NCBI RefSeq assembly: GCF_001186125.1
Contig: NW_014040537.1
Span: 200,316 to 234,128 of the forward strand
Direction of reading: 5' to 3'
Origin: Sphaeroforma arctica JP610
Taxonomy: Eukaryota
Length of the DNA stretch: 33,813 bases
The translations under genes were made by a program, and so were the position numbers. Of this stretch, positions 22,764 to 33,813 are shown in pieces (position 1 is the stretch's first letter; each line of letters starts with the position of its first letter). The notes under the pieces were generated by a model, which was given only the letters and a program-made list of their open reading frames with translations, had not been told where the DNA came from and did not search any database.

Positions 22764-22985
22764 CAAATACCGCCTGAATAATCACCTAGTGGTTTCCAAA
22801 CACCACTAAACACAGGTATCGTTCGACTCTCGCAGCGATACATTATAACACCATCCCTAGATGTCGCCTAACTCGTCTCTCTAGGGGCCTCACACATATT
22901 TAGGTTGCGCTTGGCACGACTTCGTCGAGACGAACCTTGAGGCTAGTAACAAACCCGATAGCCTCCGACTATCAAACTGTAACTA
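22764..22985 (+). repeat. Dispersed ~200-bp repeat, copy 2
   Basis: Similar to 18328-18525, with small insertions. Confidence 0.88.
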
Positions 22986-23374
22986 TTTAAAAAACAAAAA
23001 CAAAAAGAACCCAGCAACATATCATTTTGGGTTGAGGTCATTTCTCATGTGTATAATGTAAAAACGTATTACGTTTTTGTTATCTTACCAACATATGGAG
23101 GTATAAGCGTATACGTATTGGAGGCCGACATCTATGTCACATTTTGGTCGGCACTCGGCACACGTTGGGGTAAATTTAAAATATGTAGAGAAAATTTGGC
23201 CGGGTTTTTTTTAACGACGGCTATGGATTCCTGGTGAGTACGGTTCGCACTTCGCACTGTATATTTCACTTTCCATTCGTTTAAAAAATAAATAAAATAG
23301 ACAACACTAAAGTACAGTTTGTTTTCAAATTGATGTAAATAAATATGGTGCAGACTGCAGTCTGCACTCTGCAC

Positions 23375-23887
23375 TCAAATAGATAGGGTTGGGAAAATAT
23401 CATAATATTTTTGAAGTTCCGTTTGTATACGAAATTTATTAATATTATTATAATATAAAAATGAAATAAAAATAAAAATTGGAATGTCAACCATGTTTAC
23501 CTCCGATTTAAAACAATGTTGGTGTTGTAAGTACCGAACTGTTCGGTAATGTTCCTGGGCGTTAATAAGATGTGCGAGAACTTCTAAGTGTGGGCGATAA
23601 CTGATAAGTGTGAAACTAATAAGTTTGAACAGTTCTAAGTTGTATTGTGCGGTTTGTTGGCGAACGGCCGCGCAGGCTCGAAAGAAGAGGAGGTTGGTGT
23701 ATGATTGGTGCTTTTCGAACCGAAGTGTGGGGTAATATGAGCTGGAGGTTGGCAGATGACGATATATGTTGAATGGACTTGTAAGCTCGAAATTGAGAAG
23801 ATACACGATTTGATTGGCGGCCGGATTCTCAAGGAAATCCTTCGGAGATAGTATAAATACTTGGTTTAGTTCATTCAAGAAGTTCAT
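23375..23887 (-). CDS. Hypothetical protein (170 aa), unassigned
   Basis: ATG-initiated open frame in AT-rich flanks. The last ~40 codons run into AT-rich sequence. No motif recognised. Confidence 0.3.
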   Translation of the reverse strand: MNFLNELNQVFILSPKDFLENPAANQIVYLLNFELTSPFNIYRHLPTSSSYYPTLRFEKHQSYTNLLFFRACAAVRQQTAQYNLELFKLISFTLISYRPHLEVLAHLINAQEHYRTVRYLQHQHCFKSEVNMVDIPIFIFISFLYYNNINKFRIQTELQKYYDIFPTLSI

Positions 23888-24329
23888 TCTGCTAAGGTAG
23901 ACATTTATTCAACAATCGAGGAAATAAATCTAAGTTCACGGTTACATTGTGTTTTGAGTCGATCTAAGATTACAAATAAACGTTAGTGGAAAATGGTTTA
24001 CGAGAAGGATAATGCAGCTGGGACTGGGCAACCTCTCTGTAGATATGTGAGAGGGGAGCCGATGACGACACTTATGGATCGATGGGATTACGTCAGGGGT
24101 ATCAAGGCTTATGAGCTCGAGGCGAAGAAAGGAGGGTCCCGCCCAGCGATGGCTCTTTTAAAGGAGGTTACACCAGAGACGAAGTCGGAACTAGAGGGCT
24201 AGTTGTAATTTATTCTGTATGTAATTATCTATCCAATTATATTGATTGTATGCCTTTTCAGATTATATTTTTTATACTATAAAATTCGTAATTTTTCAAA
24301 CTGCAGTAAAATAAAATTTAAAATTAGAA

Positions 24330-24957
24330 AGACATTGTCTACATACGACACCTGTCACTATAAAACTATTAACGCCCGAGGCCCCGAGCCCTACTACAGG
24401 AAACTAATACTAGAGTATTCCTACGTATTTATATGAACCGGGTGAGGGGGTTTTTTTTGTTGTTGGATTCATTGCGGTTACATAATGAAATCAGAACAGG
24501 ACAAAACCCCTTGGATATGAAATTTACAACAGACCGGGACAAAAGCAAATTCAACATTGTTGAACTACAGTGCAATTGTGCAAACCAAACGATCATATTT
24601 TACATGGCCTTCTTTTCTTCTTTATAATTTAATAGGAGGCTATGAAACGATATTTTTTTACTAAGGATCCACGAATTCACGCTCACAGCCTCACAGGTTT
24701 AACAGACCATTGGCTCTCTTTAGTCTGAGGCGTTGTATTCGGTTTCACATGTGATAGGTTAAGATTGTGTACCGAAAAATGATACTTGACTGTTGTATCG
24801 GTAAAGATCTTTTTTGCAAAGTGTACACGTAAAATAGTTCGGTACTTGGGCGAAAGTTGCCTTACCAGGGCCCATAAATATCGACCCTACCTTTGCTAAT
24901 GAACCGGATGCGGTATTGAACACGGGCTCGGGCGTTAATAAATTATAGTGACGGGTG
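24330..24957. mobile_element. MITE-like element, copy A
   Basis: Terminal inverted repeats CACCTGTCACTATAAAACTATTAACGCCCGAG (24349) and CTCGGGCGTTAATAAATTATAGTGACGGGTG (24957). Non-coding interior. Confidence 0.78.
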
Positions 24958-25850
24958 ACCTGCTGAACCACACCAATTAAAGGCTGATGATCCATCTCTA
25001 CTATAAGCACCTCGTACGATATCTTAATCAAACCCGCGAGCTTCAAAAACCCATATGCTAGCGCTATCAACTCTCTATCTGTCGGAGACAAATTAACATG
25101 GAAGTCTATCTTGGAACTCACAAAGCCCACAGGAAGCCATTCTCCATCTCTTCTCACAAAAAATCAAGCACCTATACCCGAATTCGACGCATCTGTCTGA
25201 AACCTAAGTTGCTCCTCTTGTCTAGGTTCTACCAAGACTGTCTTCGCCTGAAAAATCTTCCGAGCTGACTGAAAAGCCTTCTCCTGCTCAGGACCCCACT
25301 GGAACCGTACCTTCGTCTTAGGTCAAATCACTAATCGGAGCCAACACATTTGAGAAATTCGGAACGTATCTTGCCCACCATCCAAACTACTGATACCACG
25401 ACCTGACTTCGGCCTTGGTTTTGGGCCTGGGCATATCTAATATTGCCTGAAGCTTTGCTTCACTTATCATCGAGCCCTTATCTGTAACCTCTCGACCCAT
25501 CACAACTATAGAATCTTCTCGATACGTGAACTTACATTTTGACAGCCGCAACTGTATCCCTTTTGCTCAAAGCGCCTGATCATCTCCACAATACCATCCC
25601 AATGCTCAACTGGATCATCCGAACCCAACGTGGTATTATCAATGTATGTCTTAATTCCTTTAATTGCCTCCAATGTCTCATACATTAGTTGTTGGAACAC
25701 AAATGATGCTTCCTTCAAACCAAACGGCATCCCAATAAATTGGAATCTCTCTTCCCAGGGCATCAAAAATACAGTAACCCCTCGACTACCAGGCTCTATC
25801 ATTAACTGTCCAAAACCATATCCAGCGTCCACTCCTTCATAACTAGCCGT
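24958..25850 (-). pseudogene. Fragment of a third Ty3/Gypsy RT-RNase H
   Basis: DAGYGFGQL, MPFGLKEA, TYIDNT, FQWGPEQEKAF, QTDASNSGIGA, RELIAL, MDHQPL. Truncated by MITE copy A. Confidence 0.9.
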
Positions 25851-25877
25851 CGCCGCATGTCATAATTCAGGTGTCCT

Positions 25878-26106
25878 ACCACAGAGGTGGGTACTCTACT
25901 TAGTAGGTCAGTAAGCGAATATATGGAACATTCGATGGTAACAGTGTTTTGTCAACACCTGCCCGAATTGACTCAGCACATATCTTACATTGTCGACGCA
26001 CTTGGCCCAAGCTTTAAACGGGAATTTACTGACCACTTCTTCCCATCAATCTTTCCTGAACCACTACAGCGACTATGAGAGCCATACCATATGTTCATAC
26101 ATTGTA
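25878..26106 (+). repeat. Dispersed ~225-bp repeat, second copy
   Basis: Reverse-complement similarity to 18862-19088. Confidence 0.85.
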
Positions 26107-26225
26107 TCATACACACTTGCCATTTTTGAAATTAAATAATTTTGACACGGGCTCGGGCGTTAATAATTTTATAGTGTCGGGCTTTATAGACAAAGTTCTA
26201 ACTAGTGAGTATGTACCAACGCAGC

Positions 26226-26832
26226 GACCCGACACCCGTGACTATAAATTTATTAACGCCCGAGCCCGTGTTCAATACCGCATCCGGTTCATTAGCAAAG
26301 GTAGGGTCGATATTTATGGGCCCTGGTAAGGCAACTTTCGCCCAAGTACCGAACTATTTTACGTGTACACTTTGCAAAAAAGATCTTTACCGATACAACA
26401 GTCAAGTATCATTTTTCGGTACACAATCTTAACCTATCACATGTGAAACCGAATACAACGCCTCAGACTAAAGAGAGCCAATGGTCTGTTAAACCTGTGA
26501 GGCTGTGAGCGTGAATTCGTGGATCCTTAGTAAAAAAATATCGTTTCATAGCCTCCTATTAAATTATAAAGAAGAAAAGAAGGCCATGTAAAATATGATC
26601 GTTTGGTTTGCACAATTGCACTGTAGTTCAACAAAGTTTTGGTTTTGTCCCGTTCTGTTGAATTTCAGGTCCAAGGGATTTTGTCCTGTTCTGTGATTTT
26701 ATTAACCGCGAAATGTTTTTTAGACGAACATTTTATTCAAAATAATTTCACTTGGTTCATAAATTTACATAGAAATACTAGGGCTCGGACGTTTATAATT
26801 TTATAGTGATGGGTGTCGTTTAGGCAAAGTCT
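26226..26832. mobile_element. MITE-like element, copy B (inverted relative to A)
   Basis: Same TIR family. 26247-26634 is the reverse complement of 24557-24944. An extra solo TIR lies at about 26143-26198. Confidence 0.78.
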
Positions 26833-27366
26833 CCACACCGATTTGTTTGTTTTTTAAAAACAAAATATAATAAACAAATGGGGCTGTAATATTTACTCTT
26901 TATATCGAGGAACTAGATATTGAGCCAATTGGACTATGTAGTATTGTAGTTTGGGGTTGGGCTGTGAGTTTGGCCTCGGAGTCATCCATCATTTATTCAC
27001 TATTCAGTCACATTGTGTGCATAAATGAGAAAAACTATAACACAAAAAACAAAATGCACAAGCATTGTTCGTGATGAGATTTCCGTTGGAACGTAATTTC
27101 AGTTAACACTATTTACATCTCATAGCACGCAATTATTCAATCGATCGATAGAAATAATATAGAGTATAATTTCGATACCGTAAAACACACAAAGGAAAAA
27201 CACATAGCCTTCTGAATCACAAAACTTGATAATTCAGAAGGCTAGGATCTTATATACCATATAGTTATATATACTAGGATATGCGTCCCATGTAAGGTTT
27301 CAAGCTATTTTATTTCAGACGTATTTGTCGATTGCCTGAACAATTGTGACTTGCGTTGTGTCCATC

Positions 27367-28083
27367 TCATTGATGGTAAGGATGGTGTTCTGAATAGCGG
27401 TTTTTTCTACCGTGGCCGGATGTAGTACCCTCTGACGAGTATGTGCTTATAAAACTCTCGAAGAGAAACTGTTCCAGAATAGAAATAAGGTGATCAGAAA
27501 TACGAGCAAATGCTGCTGTTGTTGCCACTAGATCAGATTTCGTCAATTGTTTGATCACCTCCAGAGCCAAATCCTGTCCGATATTAACCTGATATTCGGA
27601 ACCATCCAGAACATATTTATCAACAAGGTCATGTGCCTGGTTGAGCACTAGATCTTCGCTTATCATGCCCTCGTAAAATTGTCGACATCTTAGCTTTCTG
27701 AAACGCTCGTAATCCAACATGAATAGTATATTCTCTTCACAGGTATATTTCCGAGCACGCACTAAGAAAGCCATTCTTAGTTTGCTGTAATTAGTAGAAT
27801 GTAAGAGCTGAGTAAGATTGGGACGTATGTTGCCATTGCTTAGCACCAATTCTTCGCCCACAGCATCAGCGATGGCGTCAGTAACCTCACTTATGATATC
27901 GAGAGAAGTAATACTTGTGCTCGCTATGGAATAGTCCTGTATCACACAGTCTGCACTATACGAGTACGTATGCCATTTCTTCTCGTAGCAATTTCGACAG
28001 TCCCGAATTGAGCTACAACCCAGGCAAGAACTACATAACTGACTATTTCGACCCGTCAGCCTTCGCAGAAGTCCTTTTACCAT
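27367..28083 (-). CDS. Regulator of G-protein signalling (RGS) domain protein
   Basis: AFLVRARKYTCEENILFMLDYERF...AHDLVDKYVLDGSEYQVNI...FESF matches the RGS box (about 27445-27820). Short Cys-rich N-terminus. Intact 238-aa ORF. Confidence 0.88.
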   Translation of the reverse strand: MVKGLLRRLTGRNSQLCSSCLGCSSIRDCRNCYEKKWHTYSYSADCVIQDYSIASTSITSLDIISEVTDAIADAVGEELVLSNGNIRPNLTQLLHSTNYSKLRMAFLVRARKYTCEENILFMLDYERFRKLRCRQFYEGMISEDLVLNQAHDLVDKYVLDGSEYQVNIGQDLALEVIKQLTKSDLVATTAAFARISDHLISILEQFLFESFISTYSSEGTTSGHGRKNRYSEHHPYHQ

Positions 28084-28108
28084 GGTTAGCCGCGCGTGCG
28101 TGCTCGCT

Positions 28109-28139
<31 letters not shown>

Positions 28140-28630
28140 ATACGATGTAGGTCGAATGTTGATACTATATAATGACGAACGCCTTTTGATGACCACCAAT
28201 ACTCAATAGCGAGTTGCAATCTAGTGGCCAGATTGCAACTGCAAGATCCTTCGCATGACATAACTGACTATTTCGACACCTTCGCAGAAGTCTTTTTACC
28301 ATGGTTAGCCGCGCGTGCGTGCTCGATAGCGAGTTGCAATCTAGTGGCCAGATTGCAACTGCAAGATCCTTCGCATGACATAACGTGACTATTTCGACCC
28401 GTCAACCTTCGCAGAAGTCCTTTTACCATGGTTAGCCGCGCGTGCGTGCTCGCTTGTGTGTGTGTGTGTGTGTGTGTGTATGCGTGTGTGTGTATGCGTG
28501 TGTGTATACGATACGATGTAGGTCGAATGTTGATACTATATAATGACGAACGCTTTTTGATGACCACCAATACTCAATAGCGAGTTGCAATCTAGTGGCC
28601 AGATTGCAACTGCAAGATCCTTCGCATGAC
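28034..28630. repeat. Modular tandem repeat A-B-C-A-C-A-B-C over the RGS gene 5' end
   Basis: A at 28034, 28259 and 28379. B contains (TG)n and lies at 28107 and 28452. C at 28206, 28326 and 28577. Confidence 0.9.
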
Positions 28631-30150
28631 CACTGGTTAGTTATTTCATTGACAAAACATCTACGACAGTATCCGAAATATCTTGCTCACGATCTGTGAA
28701 TTCGATAGTCAGTTAGTCATCGTTGTCATCACAGTGTTGTGTAGAGAAATAGTTTAATATACATATTTTTAAAAAACTAAAAAATAATAATTGGGTTTGT
28801 TTAAAAAATAAAAATAAGTGCAGATCTAGTACATTGTGTCTCTGTTTCTGCCTTCTGGGTTCTGGAACCTGGACCAGGTGTTTTATTTACTGTTTTTTAT
28901 ATATAAGATGTATGTATTTATGTATCTTTGAAACGTAAACAATTTAAAAAACATTTTCTATACATATATCAACTCTTTCTATTTACATAATAACTCCTTC
29001 ACATTCCGACTCAAGAGTACTCCCCACAAAGGCACACACTGTCACACAGTCACAGTTACAGTTACACACACATACACACAAGTGACTCATATGACATATA
29101 CTCGCACACACAGCAACAGTGCAACACGATTCTTCTTTTGCACGCGCAAAAGAAGAATCCGCAACAGTGCAATTGCCAATTGTGTCTGCGTGAGTCTATG
29201 TCTCCGACTCTCTGTGATTCTGTAGTCTGTGGAGTGTGGAGTGTGGAGTGTAGACTGGTATGGAGTGTAGTCTGTGAGTTTGTGACTGTGAGTGTAGACT
29301 GTAGAGTCACTGGAGTGTGGAGTGTGGTCTGTGAGTCTGTGATTCATGCGAATCTGACGCGAACAGGCGAACTTCCGACTGCCAGTGGCCAGTGGCCAGT
29401 TACTGGCCAACTGGTCACACGCGGCACGCGCCGCCCAGCTGCGGCCCCGAGCGTATGACTGGTAGCAGTGGTAGGCGCCTATATAGGCGGTGAGAGTTGC
29501 AATATATTTATTAAAAAAAATCCGTGTCATTTCTGTCCGACTCTGCGAGAATCGTGTGAGTAATGCGAGTCATGTGACTCGTATCCTGTCACCTGTGAGT
29601 CTGTGACTCGTCCCCAGTCCCCACACAGCCACACCATCAGGCACTGCGGGTAAGCGAGCAGCCCGGCTTACAGGCTATACTATTTAAGAGTAATTATTGA
29701 GTACAGATGCTGACTCTTAGAGTCTCAATATCCCAAATTGTTGGCTCTGGTATAAATTAAAAAAAATTTGATATGAAATAAATTTCAATAAAACTAAAGA
29801 GAAAAAAACAAAACAAAATTATCTATATTTTTCTCAAAGTCCGAAGTCCGCAGAGGCTCAGACCGAAGACCCATAAAAATCTGATTTAGCCTTTGATATT
29901 TAAAAAAAGGAAAAAAAAAGAAGCAAACAAATTGTAGTCTATTTGGGCTGCGTTTTATATATTTTTACACACAAAAAGAAAAGAAACAAAAGCGGATCAT
30001 TTTTATAGAAAGAAAAGATGTTCCAGGGCATCATCCCTGGGGCCTGGTTGTCCTGGACCCTTTGTCACTTCAGACCCAAGAGTTCAGACTTCAGAGTCAC
30101 TTCTTGTTGTGTTGCATTTAAAAAAATAAGTTAAAGGTGTCTTTATTTAC

Positions 30151-30610
30151 GGGATCAGAAATTTCTGATTTCGAACGTTCAGAATCAGAAATTTGCATTT
30201 AAACCAATGGGAAGGCCACAATATTTGTTTTTTTAAAACAATATACAAAAACAAAAGATATTTGTCTGTATTTTAGAAGGATGTGATAATTTTGTTTTTA
30301 AAAAATAAACCTTTTTCTGAACGAGTTTTTGTTCTCGAAATTTGGAATCAGAATCAGAATCAGAATCAGAAGTACGTCAGAAGCTTGTTTTACGAGAGCT
30401 GCGAATTAATTCCAGGCCATATAAAGTCATGGTGTTTTTCAAAAATATTTGATGATGAGTCACTTCTCTCAGAATCTCTGAAATGTAAATACGGATGCAT
30501 ACCTAAATTTTCAAAAAATAGACATTACAACTTTACAAGTCCCGTGAAGCACCAAAATTGTGCTTTTAAAAAAACAACACTTGTCCTTTCTGAACGGAAT
30601 TTCTGATCCC
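30151..30610. mobile_element. Possible MITE (460 bp)
   Basis: Perfect 13-bp inverted ends GGGATCAGAAATT / AATTTCTGATCCC plus an inner CGTTCAGAA match. Internal CAGAAT repeats. No clear TSD. Confidence 0.45.
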
Positions 30611-31621
30611 ATTTTAAAATGAGACACCCCATGATGTAAATATATAAAAGCAGAACACAAGCTGTCGACGTATTTTTTATAAAACAAAAGAGCCTTCGAC
30701 AATACAACAGCGGGCCCTCTATTCTTTTAAAAATAATATTTATTTATTTACAAAAACACCTCTATTTTAGAAGGCTATGAAAATATTTATAATAGGTAAA
30801 TAAAGGTTTTTAAAAAACCATATGTATAGTACTTGTTTTTTTAATAGAAATATGAACATTGTTTTTAAAAAACAAATACAAAATAAAAATATATATGTAC
30901 ATTTTTTATAGATACGTTTTGTTTAAAAAAAACATTATATTTTACAACTCGCTTCCTCCAAAAAAAAATTAGATATATATATATATATATATATTTTTTT
31001 TTGGGTATATAAATGCCGATTTTATATATTATATATATATTTTAGACGGTGATCTATATAGGCGGCTGCATCATTCGATTCAAATTTTGACCAAATACTC
31101 TCGTGAAATCGGATCATAGTTCATCATGTTCGTGTTCCATACTCTTGGCAAGTAAATTAATAGACCTGTGTAGGCTGTAAATACCCTGTAGAGTGTAACG
31201 GTCATATTTATTTAGGCGGTGATCTATAATATCCCTACAGGCGATTGTCATTGTACCCATCTACTGCATCCAGTAGTTGGACTTTTTGCAAGGGAATAAA
31301 ATCATATAATTTTCGGCCTTCGGGGTAGTACCGTGCAGAGAATATATGCTGTGAGCCTGTGACTGAGTAATACCACAACTTAAAGTATTTCGGCTTTCGG
31401 GGCTTGGGTAATGAGGCGCCTTGGGCCCGTGAACATGTGCCGCCGTATAAGGCGTGGTTGTATGGCATCAGTTCTCAAGGGTATCGTGTGAAATCATGGC
31501 ATGCTCACTTCAGTTTATGTTTTATATTTAGAAAAAGTACACACTTTACGATTATATTTAATGTGTAGTCCAAATGGTATCGATTATTCCCGCTTGCCAC
31601 TCTCAGAGATTATAGCAGGTA

Positions 31622-32771
31622 TCATGGTCGACTTCGCCATACATATCTCCACAAGCGTAACACCATGAGATGCCGCAAATGCAGCTCATGTGATTACAGC
31701 CCTGCATATTGTAATTTGTGATTGATTGTTAGATTCACGTAACAATGACTTCTTAATAATGCACGGTCTCAATTATCCAGTGAAAACCTTTCTTATATCA
31801 CAAGCAGTCAATAGAAAGCAACAATACAGAATGTACCTCGATTTTCTCAATCAATGTAGTGCAACCTGGACACCGTTTCCAACCGTGAATTACCGCAGCT
31901 ATTTCCAAGGCAAGGAAATCATCTAATTCTGCTGCCGGGAGTACGAATGATTTTGCACACAGCCTACAATTGAGCTTATTCTCAGGACTTGGAAATTGCG
32001 AATCCGTCGTCGGTTCGACGCACTCTGTGGTGCGAGAGAAAAGATAACGAATGAAGTGTTGTTAACTACACTTTACAAAGCATCATAAACAAATTATTTA
32101 AGGTGGATGAAAGTAATGACGATTCAACATTTCAATCAAGCAACCTGCGTTAGTATCTGATTATACCAGAAATTGGCTTCTGCAAACATTGGGGGCATAC
32201 TATCCCACCAAGCTTTCTCAGTTTAACAGCTCTCTTGTATTGTGCAGCAATCTTCGACGGAACAAAATTGCGTAGCATACTTGAGTCCAGTACTTTTCCA
32301 CAACATGAGATCTCTCGGATGTCACCTGCTATCACCATTTCAATCCACCTGTATTGCTCACAATATGTTAGTCATACTTAGGATCGAATAAAAAGTTCAA
32401 GCTCGCATATATGCACCGTGGACCAAGATGCAATACAGTAACAAGCCCACTGACCTTACTGTACAATCCTTGCAATAGCTGTGTTGGCAGAAATGTAAAA
32501 CATCTCGCCTACACCGCTTCGAGCAAATAATACACGGTCGCCTCTGGAACCATTTGGAAATGCAACAGACTCTGTGACGAAATGGACAAGTATTGAAACC
32601 AAGCGTCAGAAGTTTAAAATTAAGTTCTTCGCGTCGAGTTTTATGCAGAAGCGCTCGATAGGTTCCGTAGACAAGACATGCACATTCTCTCGTGGATATA
32701 CATATTTTTCTCAGGAATACATATACAAATGTAAGCCACCCTACAAGTATTGATTTTTTTTCAAAAGACAT
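31622..32771 (-). CDS. RBR (RING-between-RING) E3 ubiquitin ligase, spliced; exons 32771-32455, 32348-32167, 32024-31837, 31701-31622
   Basis: RING1 CIIC-x9-CQHSYCKDC...ISCC. Partial IBR CPQC...CRLC. RING2 KRCPGCTTLIEKIE/GCNHMSCICGISWCYACG with the catalytic Cys. Three GT-AG introns keep the frame; branch point GACTAAC in intron 1. Start codon uncertain. Confidence 0.88.
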
Positions 32772-33627
32772 GTATATTGTATATAACAGGGTTAGCTCCA
32801 CGCCAGGGATGCACTATTTTGTAGCTTCCGATATATATGTTTGGCGACCTATATGAAGAACATCCCGGCGAGACGGTCGACCATACCTATCAAAGAGTAG
32901 CATCGCTTAGCCTTTAAGCGAATGTTCACTTTCAAAGCAGGTGCTGAGTGTACTCGGTGATATCTCGCTCCGCTAGGTTAAATATTGTATTCTACCCAAC
33001 AGACTACATGGTGAAAGCAAGCGGTACGTATGCCACTACGCATATAAATATCAATTGAAGTAAAATTGCGTAGCGATGGTTTATGTACCTAACTACCTAT
33101 GGCAAAAAGATTCAGCCGCCCAATGAAATAAGATGTGTCATCAGTGGTTGCAATTTGACACGTGAAATTTCAATCTCACAATCGAAACATATTGACAGGA
33201 AATGCATCAATGATTGGGGGTTTGTATATTTGTAATATGTATCTCACGCTTGAAAGTATCAGTCTAGTCCCACATTCGCGATAACGTCGACAGTTATCCG
33301 CAACCATGGTACTAAAAGCCATCCAGAGAAACCCGGCCGCAATGGCTGCTTCGGCTATCGCGTGTATGCACTATCTTACAAGATTTTATGATTATGCTAA
33401 TACGGTCAACATGCTGTGCGCCATTTGTTTCTCGCGCATATCGGCACTTCTTTTTCAACTTCAATGTTAAAAGCAAGTCATGAAGTGAATCCGCTAATGA
33501 AAATAGAGGTTAAATGATGCAATAGAATATCTTATATCAAAGTAGGCAATCCTATATGTATGTATTTGTAAGAGTCCTAATTTTCGTGAAAGTATATGCG
33601 ACGTGTGAAAATGTTACATATCCATCA

Positions 33628-33785
<158 letters not shown>

Positions 33786-33813
33786 GTGGGACCTCTAGAG
33801 TCGACCTGCAGGC
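33786..33813 (+). other. Cloning-vector polylinker (pUC/pCC1FOS-type junction)
   Basis: GTGGGA[T]CCTCTAGAGTCGACCTGCAGGC, the BamHI-XbaI-SalI-PstI-SphI order, with one base missing. Confidence 0.9.

Noticed and set aside
24759..24957. Shared peptide NLLTPEPVFNTASGSLAKVG... in ORFs 24759-25157 and 26205-26432
   Set aside because: It is translation through the duplicated MITE core, not a gene family.
28107..28205. Module B as an intron precisely lost from the middle repeat unit
   Set aside because: The missing block cannot be placed on GT-AG boundaries. It fits a GAG microhomology deletion.
28034..28630. CRISPR-like array (palindromic repeat with spacers)
   Set aside because: The intervening segments are themselves repeated, the unit count is three, there are no cas genes, and the context is eukaryotic.
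29030..29420. ORFs over GAGTGTG/GTCTGT-type repeats
   Set aside because: Low-complexity simple repeats with no protein motif.
31235..31468. 77-aa ORF as a further RBR exon or separate gene
   Set aside because: The RBR frame already ends at 31622. No convincing frame-preserving splice link or motif was found.

Overview
Eukaryotic, repeat-rich genomic window with two N gaps (2915-2934, 9702-9875) and a vector junction at the right end. The left 18 kb is a nest of decayed LTR retrotransposons. It holds an internally deleted Ty3/Gypsy element (+, 1-2914) and a Ty1/Copia element (+, 2995-17909). A full-length chromodomain-bearing Ty3/Gypsy element (-, 5294-14002) has inserted into the catalytic Asp codon of the Copia protease. 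The main observation is that all three elements, from two different superfamilies, carry the same ~135-aa phage-Dam-like DNA amino-methyltransferase domain (DxxA...NPPW/NIPF) directly N-terminal of the integrase. In the minus-strand Gypsy this putative writer shares a polyprotein with a chromodomain. The middle of the window has a decayed non-LTR RT, dispersed repeats and an inverted MITE-like pair around a Gypsy RT/RNase H fragment. The right part has two host genes: an RGS-domain protein and a spliced RBR E3 ubiquitin ligase. All calls come from reading motifs by eye; no database searches were run.
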